Shown: positions 36,165-49,138, counted from the stretch's first letter. The stretch: DNA of 64,000 bases from a virus (IMGVR_UViG_3300035126_000903:32001-96000), one strand, 5' to 3'. The notes: a model not told the origin generated them from the letters alone. A program made the numbers and translations.

Positions 36165-36590
36165 TTATTTTTTATTGGTTTTATTTAAATAAGCAAGAAC
36201 TTCTTTAAAATACTTTTTTTCAGCATTTCGGGCCTCAACCTCCAATGGGTTTTTCCAATAACCATACTTTTTATAATATACTTCGTATCTTGTTTTTATG
36301 GGTTGAAGTGAGTGTTGGTATTCGTGTATAATTGTCGTTATTAATACTTTTAAAGATTTTACATTATTGTAATATAGTATGAGCTCATTAATTTCCGCAT
36401 CAAAAGCACCATAAGTTTTAGGTTCATAGTGGTTTTTTACAACAGATAATGATATAGCAAATGGATTTCTCATATTTACACCCATATTGGATTTACACCA
36501 CCGAAAAACGCGTAATGCTAACGCTCTTTTATCGGAGTAAGACAAGTCTGAAATGGGTGTTTTTTGGGTATATTTATGGGGTTTTTTCAT
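36165..36590 (-). CDS. Zincin-like metallopeptidase
   Basis: IIHEYQH ... NPLEVEAR. Confidence 0.75.
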   Translation of the reverse strand: MKKPHKYTQKTPISDLSYSDKRALALRVFRWCKSNMGVNMRNPFAISLSVVKNHYEPKTYGAFDAEINELILYYNNVKSLKVLITTIIHEYQHSLQPIKTRYEVYYKKYGYWKNPLEVEARNAEKKYFKEVLAYLNKTNKK

Positions 36591-36693
36591 ACACTTTTAT
36601 AGTTTACATAGTAAAGATACAACAGAAAACCCATATTTCCAAGCTTTTTATGTTAAATTTAGGTTAAATTTTACTGTCCAATTTATTGGACAC

Positions 36694-37098
36694 TTACCTA
36701 ATACGGGGTTTTCTAAAGAAACCACTATAAGAACCCACCACAGACTTTATTATATCCCCAGTAAGAGGTGTAAAAGTGTAATTCTTTAGTTGGGGTAGTT
36801 CTACAAATTTTAGTTCGGAATGAACCCTTTTAATTGCTTTCCCACTCACATAATTACATATGAATGGTATTAATTCCACAGTATCGTTTACAGCGGATTT
36901 AAACTGATGAAATGGCTGTATTTCTATACCAAATTCTTCTTTAAACTCCCTTATAAGGGCTTCATATTCAGTTTCCCCATCATCTACCTTACCACCAGGA
37001 AACTCCCAATAACCCCCAAAATTGGGGTTATCATCCAACCTTTTTCCTATTAAAACCCTGTCCTCATTTCGTAGTAAACCACAAACAACCTTTTGCAT
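36694..37098 (-). CDS. NUDIX hydrolase, MutT-like
   Basis: WEFPGGKVDDGETEYEALIREFKEEFG. Confidence 0.9.
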   Translation of the reverse strand: MQKVVCGLLRNEDRVLIGKRLDDNPNFGGYWEFPGGKVDDGETEYEALIREFKEEFGIEIQPFHQFKSAVNDTVELIPFICNYVSGKAIKRVHSELKFVELPQLKNYTFTPLTGDIIKSVVGSYSGFFRKPRIR

Positions 37099-37239
37099 TA
37101 ATCATTAATTATACCAAATTGAGATAAGTTAAATTCCATTCCCAACTTTTCAAAAGTTAGTATCATCTTAATTGTTGTAGGAAGCATAACCTCATATCTG
37201 GTGTTCCAGAAAATAGATTGTAAAAAATATTGATTCATT

Positions 37240-37830
37240 TTATTTACATATGAAATCACTTAATTTTGTAGATTTTGGCGCCACATTATAAAAGTAATAA
37301 CACTCATTAATATTCAATTTTTTAGATTGAATTGTTTTATAAAACCCAGTTGGTATAGTAGCACCACCAGGTACTTTTTTAAGTGGTGGGTTAAAATCTA
37401 TTCTAATATATACATAAATATCATCGGATTTCTGTCTCAAATTTCTTTCATATTCTTCCAACTCTTTCCAAGGACCTCTATTTAGAGATTGGTGTTGAAG
37501 AGCGGAGTTTAGATAAGTAAATGTTTGTTTTAACAGGTTTATATCACAACCAAATGCTGCAGCAGGAGCCATATGCCCTTTGTCCCATTCGTTACTTACA
37601 TAATCACCATTATCGGATGTATAATATTCTTTTTCTTTATAAAAATCCAACCCCTTACGAGATACTGAATTTTGGGCGCACTGAACGGTGTATTTAACCC
37701 ATTTTGGTTGTTCCAATACTTCGGAGTACACCATTTCAAATATAGGGGATTTGATATATACACTATCTCGCTTTTGTGCGAAAATAGATAGTGGTAATAC
37801 AAATAGTAATAATAATAATAATTTTTTCAT
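37240..37830 (-). CDS. Secreted DNA/RNA non-specific endonuclease
   Basis: Signal peptide; DKGHMAP, N..LQ...LNRG.W..LE. Confidence 0.88.
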   Translation of the reverse strand: MKKLLLLLLFVLPLSIFAQKRDSVYIKSPIFEMVYSEVLEQPKWVKYTVQCAQNSVSRKGLDFYKEKEYYTSDNGDYVSNEWDKGHMAPAAAFGCDINLLKQTFTYLNSALQHQSLNRGPWKELEEYERNLRQKSDDIYVYIRIDFNPPLKKVPGGATIPTGFYKTIQSKKLNINECYYFYNVAPKSTKLSDFICK

Positions 37831-37833
37831 ATT

Positions 37834-38436
37834 TTAGTCCTTATCATAGTCATTTATCTCATACCAATCATCTTCATAATCATAATCATTATCCATTTCA
37901 TCTTCAGAATCAGTAATATAATCACCATCATACATTATTGCGTTTTCAGATTTAAGTTCTTCTACACACTCTTCCAATATACTTTCTTTTATAGCAAATA
38001 CCTTATCTTCCAATGTATATGGAGATTCATAATCTTCTTTCTCTAATAAAGAACTAAGTTGTTTTTCACTAGAAATTGAATTTGTTGCTGTTCCATAAAA
38101 AGCACCAACATGGACATACTCACTATGCTCATAGGTTGCTTTTACCTCAAAGTTTTCATCAATCTCTCTAAAAATATCGCACATTCTATTTATCAAATCA
38201 TACGGAAAATCGGTATCCGAAGATAAAATTATAACGGATTCATCACCAATAAAAGAATTACTCAATGTGGTTGTGCATGTACCAACACAATTATAATCCC
38301 AATCGTGAGTTGTTTCGTAAAACTGACTTAGTAACCAATTATTATCACCCTCTTTCGGATTTGAGAAAATGGATGAAAGCGTTGATTGCAAATCTTCATT
38401 TCCAATGATTTTGATTGTTGATAGAATTTTATCCAT
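37834..38436 (-). CDS. Acidic hypothetical protein, possible paralog of 42611
   Basis: Loosely shared motifs. Confidence 0.65.
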   Translation of the reverse strand: MDKILSTIKIIGNEDLQSTLSSIFSNPKEGDNNWLLSQFYETTHDWDYNCVGTCTTTLSNSFIGDESVIILSSDTDFPYDLINRMCDIFREIDENFEVKATYEHSEYVHVGAFYGTATNSISSEKQLSSLLEKEDYESPYTLEDKVFAIKESILEECVEELKSENAIMYDGDYITDSEDEMDNDYDYEDDWYEINDYDKD

Positions 38437-38456
38437 ATGTAATAAATAGTTTAATT

Positions 38457-38647
38457 TTATTGTTGATTATCTTCGTGAATTTTACCAATAGGTTTAACCT
38501 CATATTTATACCCAGAATCAGAATTTGTTTCAAAGATATTAGCGTAGTGTTCCGCTGATTCTTCATCATCAAACTCCCAAACTTCTCCGTGCCCATCTAA
38601 CAATATAACGGGAACATTTTTTTTAATGTATTTTACTATTACAAAGC

Positions 38648-38651
<4 letters not shown>
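38457..38651 (-). CDS. Hypothetical protein
   Basis: ORF track. Confidence 0.7.
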
Positions 38652-41511
<2,860 letters not shown>

Positions 41512-41515
41512 CCGT

Positions 41516-41800
41516 TTATTCTTTTACCATTAAGATTTCGCTTTCACGATATAGATTGTATTTTACTCCATCAATTTTAATTTGAAAACCTGTTCCATCT
41601 AAAACGACTTCATCATCTACTTTAAGTTTCATAGGTATTTTTACACCTTGCTGAGTAAATAATCCATCTCCAACCGCTACAACTTTACCTGTCATAGTTT
41701 CTTTTGCGGTTTCGGGTTTGTACAACCCACCTTTTGTTTTGTCATCGTGTTTGTTTACGGAAACAAGCACATAATCATTCATTGGTTTATAGTTCATCAT
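41516..41800 (-). CDS. groES: Co-chaperonin GroES
   Basis: KPMNDYVLV, TKGGLY.P, GKVVAVGDG, RESEIL. Confidence 0.93.
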   Translation of the reverse strand: MMNYKPMNDYVLVSVNKHDDKTKGGLYKPETAKETMTGKVVAVGDGLFTQQGVKIPMKLKVDDEVVLDGTGFQIKIDGVKYNLYRESEILMVKE

Positions 41801-41843
41801 AACTCCTTTATTTTTTTGATAAATATACGAAAAAAAGTTTTAA

Positions 41844-42311
41844 TTACCAAAATTTTCCATTGATAAAATCTTTTTGTTTTTGGATTGCATTTTTGAGTTC
41901 AACTTTATCAATTTTGGTTTCAGTTGTTGTTTCTTTTATTGGTTGATTTATTTTAATATTTCTTTCCAATCGTTTTTTTATTAATTCTTTCTCACCACCA
42001 GTGAGAGAATTTGATAATATGGATGAAACATAACAATACGGGTCTTCTGGGTCATCCAATTGTAAGTCATAATAAATACACCCTGGTCTAGTTACCGATT
42101 TAACTCTATAACAAGCCCAACCATCTTTACTATGGTAACATTCGGATACAAAACCAATTTCTCTTTCACCATACCATTTAAACGCAACCATATCGTTTGG
42201 TTTAAATTGGTGTTTTTTAAAGCGTTTCTTATCCTTATTTACATTTCTAACAGTGGGTAGTTCTATATTAGATTTCGATTCCAACAAAACCTCCATTTTT
42301 TTGAACTTCAA
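41844..42311 (-). CDS. Hypothetical protein
   Basis: ORF track. Confidence 0.65.
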   Translation of the reverse strand: MKFKKMEVLLESKSNIELPTVRNVNKDKKRFKKHQFKPNDMVAFKWYGEREIGFVSECYHSKDGWACYRVKSVTRPGCIYYDLQLDDPEDPYCYVSSILSNSLTGGEKELIKKRLERNIKINQPIKETTTETKIDKVELKNAIQKQKDFINGKFW

Positions 42312-42618
42312 TAGCAGTTGCCCTTTTTTCAGTTGGGTTTTTTACACTTTTATTGTTTATCAAAATCCTTTCAGCCCTACCAATACCCATAACCAATTGG
42401 TGAAACGGAATACCTAAAATATTCATCTCATCTATTGTGATTTGGCGTAATTCTTCGGGTCGTGCTGTGGTTAAGACGATATAATTACCCTCATTATACC
42501 AATTGTTCATTTTTTCAACAACGCCGGGCAAGACCATACTTGTCTTAGGGTTTATTTCTTCAAAATTGACTTGATAAACAAGCGTTCCATCAATATCACA
42601 AAAAATTGTTTTACTCAT
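42268..42618 (-). CDS. HAD-superfamily phosphatase
   Basis: IFCDIDGTL, LTTAR. Confidence 0.8.
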   Translation of the reverse strand: MSKTIFCDIDGTLVYQVNFEEINPKTSMVLPGVVEKMNNWYNEGNYIVLTTARPEELRQITIDEMNILGIPFHQLVMGIGRAERILINNKSVKNPTEKRATAIEVQKNGGFVGIEI

Positions 42619-43183
42619 CGTTATTGTCTTTTACATATTCTAAATAATAATTCACTTCGGACTCCATTAAATTACGAAGTTCATCTTCGAATTCTTCGTA
42701 GTAAGTACCACCCTCACGGATTTTGGGTACATCCCACCCATCCATATCTGTCCATTCATCGGATGTGTAATCTTTTGCCGCCAAATGAACACCTGCAAAT
42801 AAATAGGCTTCATCTTCAAAGGTATGTTCAATCCAAATATCCTCTTTTATGTTTGATAGAACTTCCGCCAACTTTTCAACAAATCCTATAACTGGGTCCC
42901 ACGCAGATACCATTCTAATAGAGACCCGAGTTTCTTCTTCATTTGCAATATGCCCATAAAACCATTTAGCGCCACACACTTCTACTACCCAATTTCTATT
43001 ATAATCCTTATTACCATTTGCCCATATATTATTGTAAACTCTATTTACCAAATCCACAGTCTTTACATCAATCTCAAAAGGATTATCTTCCCGTCTATTA
43101 GGTTTGAAAATCTCTTTTAATTTTTCAGTAACTTCAGTATTTACATTTTCAACAATAATATAATTTGAAACTTCGTTTGCCAT
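42611..43183 (-). CDS. DUF1281/YubB ferredoxin-like domain protein
   Basis: MAN.V.N, W....GAKW, SAWDP, FEDE. Confidence 0.55.
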   Translation of the reverse strand: MANEVSNYIIVENVNTEVTEKLKEIFKPNRREDNPFEIDVKTVDLVNRVYNNIWANGNKDYNRNWVVEVCGAKWFYGHIANEEETRVSIRMVSAWDPVIGFVEKLAEVLSNIKEDIWIEHTFEDEAYLFAGVHLAAKDYTSDEWTDMDGWDVPKIREGGTYYEEFEDELRNLMESEVNYYLEYVKDNNDE

Positions 43184-43233
43184 AACTATATTTTAATCTA
43201 CAATGGTGATGTTTGATTCTCGTTTTTTAATTT

Positions 43234-43590
43234 TTAACCTTTGATTATTTCTTTGTTTGTTTTACCGAATTTGTTCTCAAGTTTATCAATACGAGAGTCT
43301 ATCATTCGCCGGATTTCATCGCATTCTTGCTGAATGTCATTAATTTGAGTATCAATGCTTCTATTTGTTTCATCAATTTTCAAAGCCACCTCTCGCATTT
43401 CATCTACGATTCTTCGGTCCATGTTAAACTCATTTGATTCAATCAATCGAACAATATCGTTGGTTCTTTCATCAAAATCGTTTGTGTTTGATTCAATTTT
43501 TTGAATTTTATTCCTCACATTAACCATACCAACAGCTATCAATGTAAATCCAGCTGAAACTACACCTAATACAAAATATACTATTTCCAT
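43234..43590 (-). CDS. Membrane-anchored coiled-coil protein
   Basis: N-terminal TM plus heptads. Confidence 0.7.
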   Translation of the reverse strand: MEIVYFVLGVVSAGFTLIAVGMVNVRNKIQKIESNTNDFDERTNDIVRLIESNEFNMDRRIVDEMREVALKIDETNRSIDTQINDIQQECDEIRRMIDSRIDKLENKFGKTNKEIIKG

Positions 43591-43627
43591 AATTTTTTCT
43601 CCTTTTTATTTTAGAGAGAACCAAACA

Positions 43628-43867
43628 TCACCATATAGATAGTTTTCTTTTTAAGTTTTTAATATGTTTACACTCAGAACCTCGTCCAAACTCATAGGAA
43701 GGACAGGAGCAACTGAACCTTTTATGATTAAACGATGTAACTTTATAATATTTTAATTTATTGGTTTTTTTATCACGAGAACCCATCTCAATGTAAACCT
43801 GCGTCCAATCGTTAGTAAGCATTTTCATCCATTTCGGTTCTATAAGTAATTGCTTCATCAATCTCAT
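43628..43867 (-). CDS. SWIM zinc-finger protein
   Basis: CSCP..CKHI. Confidence 0.7.
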   Translation of the reverse strand: MRLMKQLLIEPKWMKMLTNDWTQVYIEMGSRDKKTNKLKYYKVTSFNHKRFSCSCPSYEFGRGSECKHIKNLKRKLSIW

Positions 43868-43997
43868 CGCCGGTCATAGAATCGGCAACTTCCATCAATT
43901 CATCACAAACCTCGTCAGAGCATTGACCATACAACTCAATCATAAGATTTGCCCTTTCCTGAAGGGTAATAAAACGAAAAACTTTTTGTGAAATCAT
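43812..43997 (-). CDS. Hypothetical protein
   Basis: ORF downstream of promoter variant. Confidence 0.6.
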   Translation of the reverse strand: MISQKVFRFITLQERANLMIELYGQCSDEVCDELMEVADSMTGDEIDEAITYRTEMDENAY

Positions 43998-44099
43998 AAC
44001 TTTGGGGGGTTTATTTTGGGGGTTTATTAATCATTACAATGTAAATATACGAAACTTTTGGTGAAAATCCAAGCTTTTTAGATTAAATTATCATTAAAT

Positions 44100-44140
44100 T
44101 TATCCACATTTATTCACAGTTATCCACATTTTGTGGATTT
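44100..44140. promoter_or_regulatory. Cluster of DnaA boxes in 10-bp phase
   Basis: TTATCCACA 44100, TTATTCACA 44110, TTATCCACA 44120, degenerate inverted TGTGGATTT 44132; single boxes at 3637 and 9669. Confidence 0.6.
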
Positions 44141-44319
44141 TACTCCCCATTTTTATAGGGAAACCACTTATTTAGGGTTTCTTGGCGTTTATCACACCCA
44201 CAATCGGTATTTCCGGTCAATTCTGCTATTTTTTTTGCCAATTCATCCATCTTTGTTGCTGCTGTTATTTTTGCAACAGTATCACCCAATCCTCTACTTT
44301 TTAAATTTTTATTACTCAC
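44140..44319 (-). CDS. Small phage protein GLGDT..CGC..R..LN (not in ORF track)
   Basis: GTG start; SRGLGDTVAKITAATK..DCGCDKRQETLNKWFPY. Confidence 0.75.
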   Translation of the reverse strand: MSNKNLKSRGLGDTVAKITAATKMDELAKKIAELTGNTDCGCDKRQETLNKWFPYKNGE

Positions 44320-44536
44320 TTACCAACTCCGTTTTATAATTCATACCTTTTAACTCATTTTGATATAAGTTTGCCATATCAAAATCACCATAAAACACAC
44401 AACACTTACCAACAGTATGAATTATGTTAGCAACGCTGCAAGTTTGGGTTATGGGCATATGAAACATATCTGATAAATGCATTTGAACTTCATCAAACGA
44501 ATGATGATTATCGTTATGAATAAATAATTTTGTCAT
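44312..44536 (-). CDS. clpS: ClpS-like adaptor protein
   Basis: LFIHNDNHHSFDEV..A..IH..GK..V..G. Confidence 0.65.
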   Translation of the reverse strand: MTKLFIHNDNHHSFDEVQMHLSDMFHMPITQTCSVANIIHTVGKCCVFYGDFDMANLYQNELKGMNYKTELVSE

Positions 44537-44708
44537 TTTCTATATCAAATTTTTTTTGAAACTTGTTTATATAAATGGGAACTTCATACTCATTACACAT
44601 TTCGGCCAAAATTGGACGATTTGAGTTATCCAATACATAAACAATATGAGTCTGTCCACTCCCCCCAAAATCTACTTCATACTTTAACTTTTTTACTCTT
44701 ATTTTCAT
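44514..44708 (-). CDS. Hypothetical protein
   Basis: ORF track. Confidence 0.6.
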   Translation of the reverse strand: MKIRVKKLKYEVDFGGSGQTHIVYVLDNSNRPILAEMCNEYEVPIYINKFQKKFDIENDKIIYS

Positions 44709-44892
44709 TTGATTTCTCCATCTTATCGGTGTAATCTTTCAACCTTTGGAGTTTTTCGTATTCTTCGTGCTTTAAATAATAATCAATCAAGTATGGAATT
44801 ACGAGTTTTTTATGCTCTTTAATACCACGATATTTACCTAAAACAACTTCCAGGGTTTCATCCATCACCATTTTTTCGTAATTGTTTACCAT
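44677..44892 (-). CDS. Hypothetical protein
   Basis: ORF track. Confidence 0.6.
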   Translation of the reverse strand: MVNNYEKMVMDETLEVVLGKYRGIKEHKKLVIPYLIDYYLKHEEYEKLQRLKDYTDKMEKSNENKSKKVKV

Positions 44893-44913
44893 ACAATATA
44901 TATTAAAAAATTT

Positions 44914-45495
44914 TTAATGAAGTTTGTTTAGTATCTTTTTAAAATTATTTCTTAGAACCGATTCAAATATACGAACTTTATCTTTTGGAGCAAAATTATC
45001 TACAACTAATTTAGTTTTTAAAGTTATATCAGGATATTTTAATTTCAAAGCATCTATCGCACGAACATTGGCAGGAGAATCATCCATAAAAGCAATGTCA
45101 GTATATCCACTTTTTATATGTTTCTCAATCCAATCTGCTTTCTTTTGTGGGTTTGAATCACCCAATGCAACTGGGTAAACATCCAACCCAAATTCTTTTT
45201 TAAAGTAGTGTCTAATTGGAAAAGCCAATTGTCTTGCAGTTAATATTGTAACCTTTTTATTTGGGTTTGATAGCATCCTAATCAATAAATCAACATTTTT
45301 TTTGATTATTTTTGGTTCTTTTAGCATTTTATTAAAATCGCTATAATCAAACTTATCACCAGGTTTTGGTTTATATACAGCATACTCACCCGGAGTTAGC
45401 ACCGTTTCTTTACCATCTCTGTGGGTTACTTTAATATTAGAGGATGTCTTTACCAAAGTATCATCCAAATCGAAAACTCTTAATACTTTTCCCAT
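44914..45495 (-). CDS. HAD-superfamily phosphatase (RNA-repair-like)
   Basis: VFDLDDTL, ILTAR, FMDDSPAN. Confidence 0.8.
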   Translation of the reverse strand: MGKVLRVFDLDDTLVKTSSNIKVTHRDGKETVLTPGEYAVYKPKPGDKFDYSDFNKMLKEPKIIKKNVDLLIRMLSNPNKKVTILTARQLAFPIRHYFKKEFGLDVYPVALGDSNPQKKADWIEKHIKSGYTDIAFMDDSPANVRAIDALKLKYPDITLKTKLVVDNFAPKDKVRIFESVLRNNFKKILNKLH

Positions 45496-45532
45496 ACATA
45501 TAAATATACGAAAAAAAGTTTAATTATCCAAA

Positions 45533-46720
45533 TTATTTTACAGAATTTGATTGGGTTTTTTCTCCACGCTGCCTTGCTTTCCTACCAGCACAATGGGCTT
45601 TTTGAGAAAAACCCTTTGGATTATTACAATCTATTGATTTTTTGTATTTGTTAGTCCAATCTTCGCTTAACTTTTTTTTTAATAATTCATAAATGCGGTT
45701 TTCTATGGTTTTTAACTTATCATAGTATTTCGGGTTCTCAAATACATGGTCTTTTGCAATCTCAAATGCCACCTTTTTATCATTGGTATGTTCCATTTCC
45801 ACTTTCACACCTTTTGCTATTTGAGATTTTATTTCATCCACACCCACCCCGTGCTTTTTTGCCAAATCATCCAATGAGTATTTATCTGCCATACCACCAG
45901 GAAAAACATCTTCGTTTCGGGTTTTATCGACCATAGGCATTTCATATAATAATTTACTTAGTGGTGAATACGTAAACTTTTCTATTAAGCTATTTTCAAT
46001 TTTAGCAAATTTTGCAGGCCTTTTAGCACAATTATTATAAGGGTTTTTTTCCTTTATTAAAAGAATTTGATGTGTTATTTCATGCAATACAGCGGTTTCT
46101 ATATCTCTAACCTTACCTAAATCAAATGTAATATAAAGTGGTTCAAATGTTTTTGTATGATAGGTTGTTGCTGCACCCAATCTACCAACCGAACCAAATT
46201 TTATTGGAATTGGGGATATACCAACTGCTTTGCAAACCCCCTTATAATAATTTACAATATTTTGTGGTTTAATTGCCTCGTTTAATTTACCCTCAAATTG
46301 CCCCTGCGTCTTAACCTTAACCCAACCACCACCAGGAATATCAAATATTCTTGCAGGAATTGGTATTATACCTGTCTTTGGTAGATATGATAAGTATTTT
46401 CTATCAATATGTATTACCCTAACTAAATAACTACGAGTCCTATTATCAACACCAACCAATTCAACTTCTACTTGGACTGGGTTTCCATCTACTTTTAATT
46501 TACCCTTATATATATTACCCTTAGTATGTCTTGCCTCAGAAACATCACCCTCAGGTGCAGGTGGTTCGGGTGCAGGTGGTTCGGATGCAGGTGGCTCTTC
46601 CTCTTTTGGAGGTTCTTCTTTCTGGACTAAGTCAATAGGAAACGCATAGGTGTATCCACCGCATCGTTTTCTATATTCCTGTTCGGTTTCACCCTTTTTT
46701 CTTGAGGAGCAATTTGCCAT
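45533..46720 (-). CDS. Mosaic multi-module protein, probably virion-internal
   Basis: Pro-rich linker, HEITH motif, GVKVEMEHT..AKDH..ENPKYY (DUF5661-like), SIDCNNPKGFSQKAHC. Confidence 0.7.
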   Translation of the reverse strand: MANCSSRKKGETEQEYRKRCGGYTYAFPIDLVQKEEPPKEEEPPASEPPAPEPPAPEGDVSEARHTKGNIYKGKLKVDGNPVQVEVELVGVDNRTRSYLVRVIHIDRKYLSYLPKTGIIPIPARIFDIPGGGWVKVKTQGQFEGKLNEAIKPQNIVNYYKGVCKAVGISPIPIKFGSVGRLGAATTYHTKTFEPLYITFDLGKVRDIETAVLHEITHQILLIKEKNPYNNCAKRPAKFAKIENSLIEKFTYSPLSKLLYEMPMVDKTRNEDVFPGGMADKYSLDDLAKKHGVGVDEIKSQIAKGVKVEMEHTNDKKVAFEIAKDHVFENPKYYDKLKTIENRIYELLKKKLSEDWTNKYKKSIDCNNPKGFSQKAHCAGRKARQRGEKTQSNSVK

Positions 46721-47066
46721 TTTTCAACTTTACATTTTCTCTAATGAATTCAACAAAGGTTGGGGTTTTAGTTACATTCTCTTGAACAATAGCTTTTAGA
46801 TGCTTTTTATATAAATAAGCCAAAAATGGTATTAACTCTTTTACCATTTTATCCTTATCCGAGTCTGTAACAGTTTTGTGTTTTTGGGGGGCAGATTTAA
46901 CTAATTTTTGGTATGATGCCGTAGTTCTACCACCCAAGTATTTATCTTGTGGTGAGTAAGCAATTGGTACATTATAAATTGCATTATGTGCTTGGCTTCT
47001 TAAATTATCCTTCGTTATTACCAAAGCCTCTTTTATGGGTTTATTTTCATTACATCCACAGCTCAT
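46689..47066 (-). CDS. Hypothetical protein
   Basis: ORF track. Confidence 0.7.
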   Translation of the reverse strand: MSCGCNENKPIKEALVITKDNLRSQAHNAIYNVPIAYSPQDKYLGGRTTASYQKLVKSAPQKHKTVTDSDKDKMVKELIPFLAYLYKKHLKAIVQENVTKTPTFVEFIRENVKLKNGKLLLKKKG

Positions 47067-47497
47067 TTTCTTTCCCCTTTGTGTTTATCAATTTTATCCA
47101 ATATTTCATTTAATAATCCCACTTTAATATATCCAGCCATTGAAGCGTTTTTAAGTGCGCTGATTAATTGGAATACCATAAATGGAACAATAATTACTTC
47201 ACTTAACCAACCTGTTCCTGCAAACCCTCTTTCAATCATTAAAACAGCTGATAATATCATTATCCAAGCAGCAGTGTTTTTTAGTATATCCAAAGCCCGT
47301 CTTGTTTTAAATCCTTCCCGCTTTGTTCCTGCAATCATACCAAATATACCATCTAAAAACATCACACCAATTACAGCAATATATTGGTCTTGATTATCCA
47401 TATATAGTTGCATGAAATAACTACATATGAAAGCGCATGCAGCGGATACTGATGTTATGGTTAATACAATTGGGTCGGTTATTGTAGTGTATTTCAT
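47063..47497 (-). CDS. Holin (phage_holin_4-like)
   Basis: Multi-TM, LD...G, S.LKN....G, basic tail; near endolysin. Confidence 0.7.
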   Translation of the reverse strand: MKYTTITDPIVLTITSVSAACAFICSYFMQLYMDNQDQYIAVIGVMFLDGIFGMIAGTKREGFKTRRALDILKNTAAWIMILSAVLMIERGFAGTGWLSEVIIVPFMVFQLISALKNASMAGYIKVGLLNEILDKIDKHKGERK

Positions 47498-47877
47498 TGT
47501 TTTGGATTTTTAAGGTTTTCAATCTCAGTTCTTAATAAATATTCTTCTACACTATCTTGATGTTTTTTTAATCTAATCATTTCTATCTTTTTTTCTACCC
47601 AAAATTGTATGGAATCCGTTTTAGTCTTTGCTTTTTCGGCTTTTTTATATTTTATTTTTTTGGTAGGAGTATATACTGAATCACTATGTTCAACAAATCC
47701 CTTTTCAAACTCTTTTATCATCCTTTCTCGATGGAGTTGAAATTCTAAATCAGAAATCCTATCTAAAAGGGCTTCTTCGGTAAGTATCAATTCTTTTTCA
47801 GCATGATAGGTTGCTATGTAATAACCCAAAATACCACCCAAAATTGTTGCTACTATTAAATCTAATTTTAATCGCAT
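47494..47877 (-). CDS. Membrane-anchored protein in lysis cluster
   Basis: N-terminal TM. Confidence 0.6.
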   Translation of the reverse strand: MRLKLDLIVATILGGILGYYIATYHAEKELILTEEALLDRISDLEFQLHRERMIKEFEKGFVEHSDSVYTPTKKIKYKKAEKAKTKTDSIQFWVEKKIEMIRLKKHQDSVEEYLLRTEIENLKNPKQ

Positions 47878-48080
47878 TCTTTTGCCAATTTAACTATATC
47901 TTCTTGTAACTTTTGAACTTCACCCTCTAACTTTGTAATTCTTGATTTTTGGGCTTCGATTTGTTCTTTGTAAACCATCCTATTATCAATATATAAAAAG
48001 ACAATCCCCACCAAAACCAAAAACATAATGGCTTTGATGGGGTCTTTTATAAAATCTTCAAATGATATAGGAAATTTCAT
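47868..48080 (-). CDS. TM plus coiled-coil protein, spanin-like
   Basis: TM followed by heptads; adjacent to endolysin. Confidence 0.5.
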   Translation of the reverse strand: MKFPISFEDFIKDPIKAIMFLVLVGIVFLYIDNRMVYKEQIEAQKSRITKLEGEVQKLQEDIVKLAKECD

Positions 48081-48083
48081 TTT

Positions 48084-48683
48084 TTATTTAAGTAATGTAT
48101 AATATTCTTTAAAGTGCTTAATACGGTCAGGTAAACCAATTGTTCCACCATTAACTCTTTTAGTAATTGCTGTTACACTTGCATCATCCGCACCTTTATC
48201 AGCTAATGTGTTTAATCCGTTGCTTGACCAAAACCAAGCAGCTGATAATAGCGGATATTTAGTTGCTACTAAATCAGGATTTGCGGTAATATCTTCGTTT
48301 ATTGCTTTACCAAATGCAGCGTAATTATTTTTACCTGTCAATTGAATGTATCCTCTACCTCTAAATTTGTATCCATCTCCACTCGCCTCATCACCATTGC
48401 CCATTCTGCCACCATAAACCAAGTTAGCAATCTTTTCAGGTTTTCTTTCATATTGTAAAGCCTTTGCTTCGGTTGGGAAATACTTTTTAAATATACCCAA
48501 TAAACCCTTTGCACCATAGTTTAGGTTTTCTTGAACTGCTTTGAAACCAGCACTTTCATGTCCACATTGTGCCAAAAAGTGAGATAATCTCAACGCTGTA
48601 TCGATTTTGAATGTTGTCATTACTGACGGAATTTGAGTGATAACGGCATCAGGAACATGCCCTTTGAGTTTGTTAATATCCAT
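48084..48683 (-). CDS. Endolysin, glycoside hydrolase family 19
   Basis: FLAQCGHES, ENLNY, FRGRGYIQLTGKNNY, SAAWFW, VNGG. Confidence 0.9.
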   Translation of the reverse strand: MDINKLKGHVPDAVITQIPSVMTTFKIDTALRLSHFLAQCGHESAGFKAVQENLNYGAKGLLGIFKKYFPTEAKALQYERKPEKIANLVYGGRMGNGDEASGDGYKFRGRGYIQLTGKNNYAAFGKAINEDITANPDLVATKYPLLSAAWFWSSNGLNTLADKGADDASVTAITKRVNGGTIGLPDRIKHFKEYYTLLK

Positions 48684-48724
48684 AAATTACCCTTTCTTAT
48701 AAAACTAATAATAAATATCTATTT

Positions 48725-49126
48725 TTATCTTAAAAATGATTTAAATATCGTTTCTTTTGCTACACCCAATAAAATGTGCCCTATAAAGAAAGCTGCTGCG
48801 GGATAAAAACCAAAAACTAAAAACCCTAAACAAACTGAAATAACTTTCATCATTTGAAAAAAGTGTTCAGCATCACTAAATCCAACAAATAAAGTTGAAC
48901 CATATGGGTATCTTTCAGCTTTCGGCATTGGAACTCCAAAGTGATACCATTTAGGTTCGTATGGTAGTGGGTTTCCGTTTTTATCTAATTTCCATTTGTT
49001 TTTCCAAGAGTTTTTTGTGTTCCATTTTTCAAATTTACCTTTCCAATTGTTTGAAATACATTCATCTTCAAGTTCATTGAAAAACATGAACAAAAATCCT
49101 GATAATAAAATAACCAATAATTCCAT
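48725..49126 (-). CDS. Membrane protein
   Basis: Hydrophobic ends; SW.NKW, DAEH. Confidence 0.7.
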   Translation of the reverse strand: MELLVILLSGFLFMFFNELEDECISNNWKGKFEKWNTKNSWKNKWKLDKNGNPLPYEPKWYHFGVPMPKAERYPYGSTLFVGFSDAEHFFQMMKVISVCLGFLVFGFYPAAAFFIGHILLGVAKETIFKSFLR

Positions 49127-49138
49127 TTTAACTCCTTT

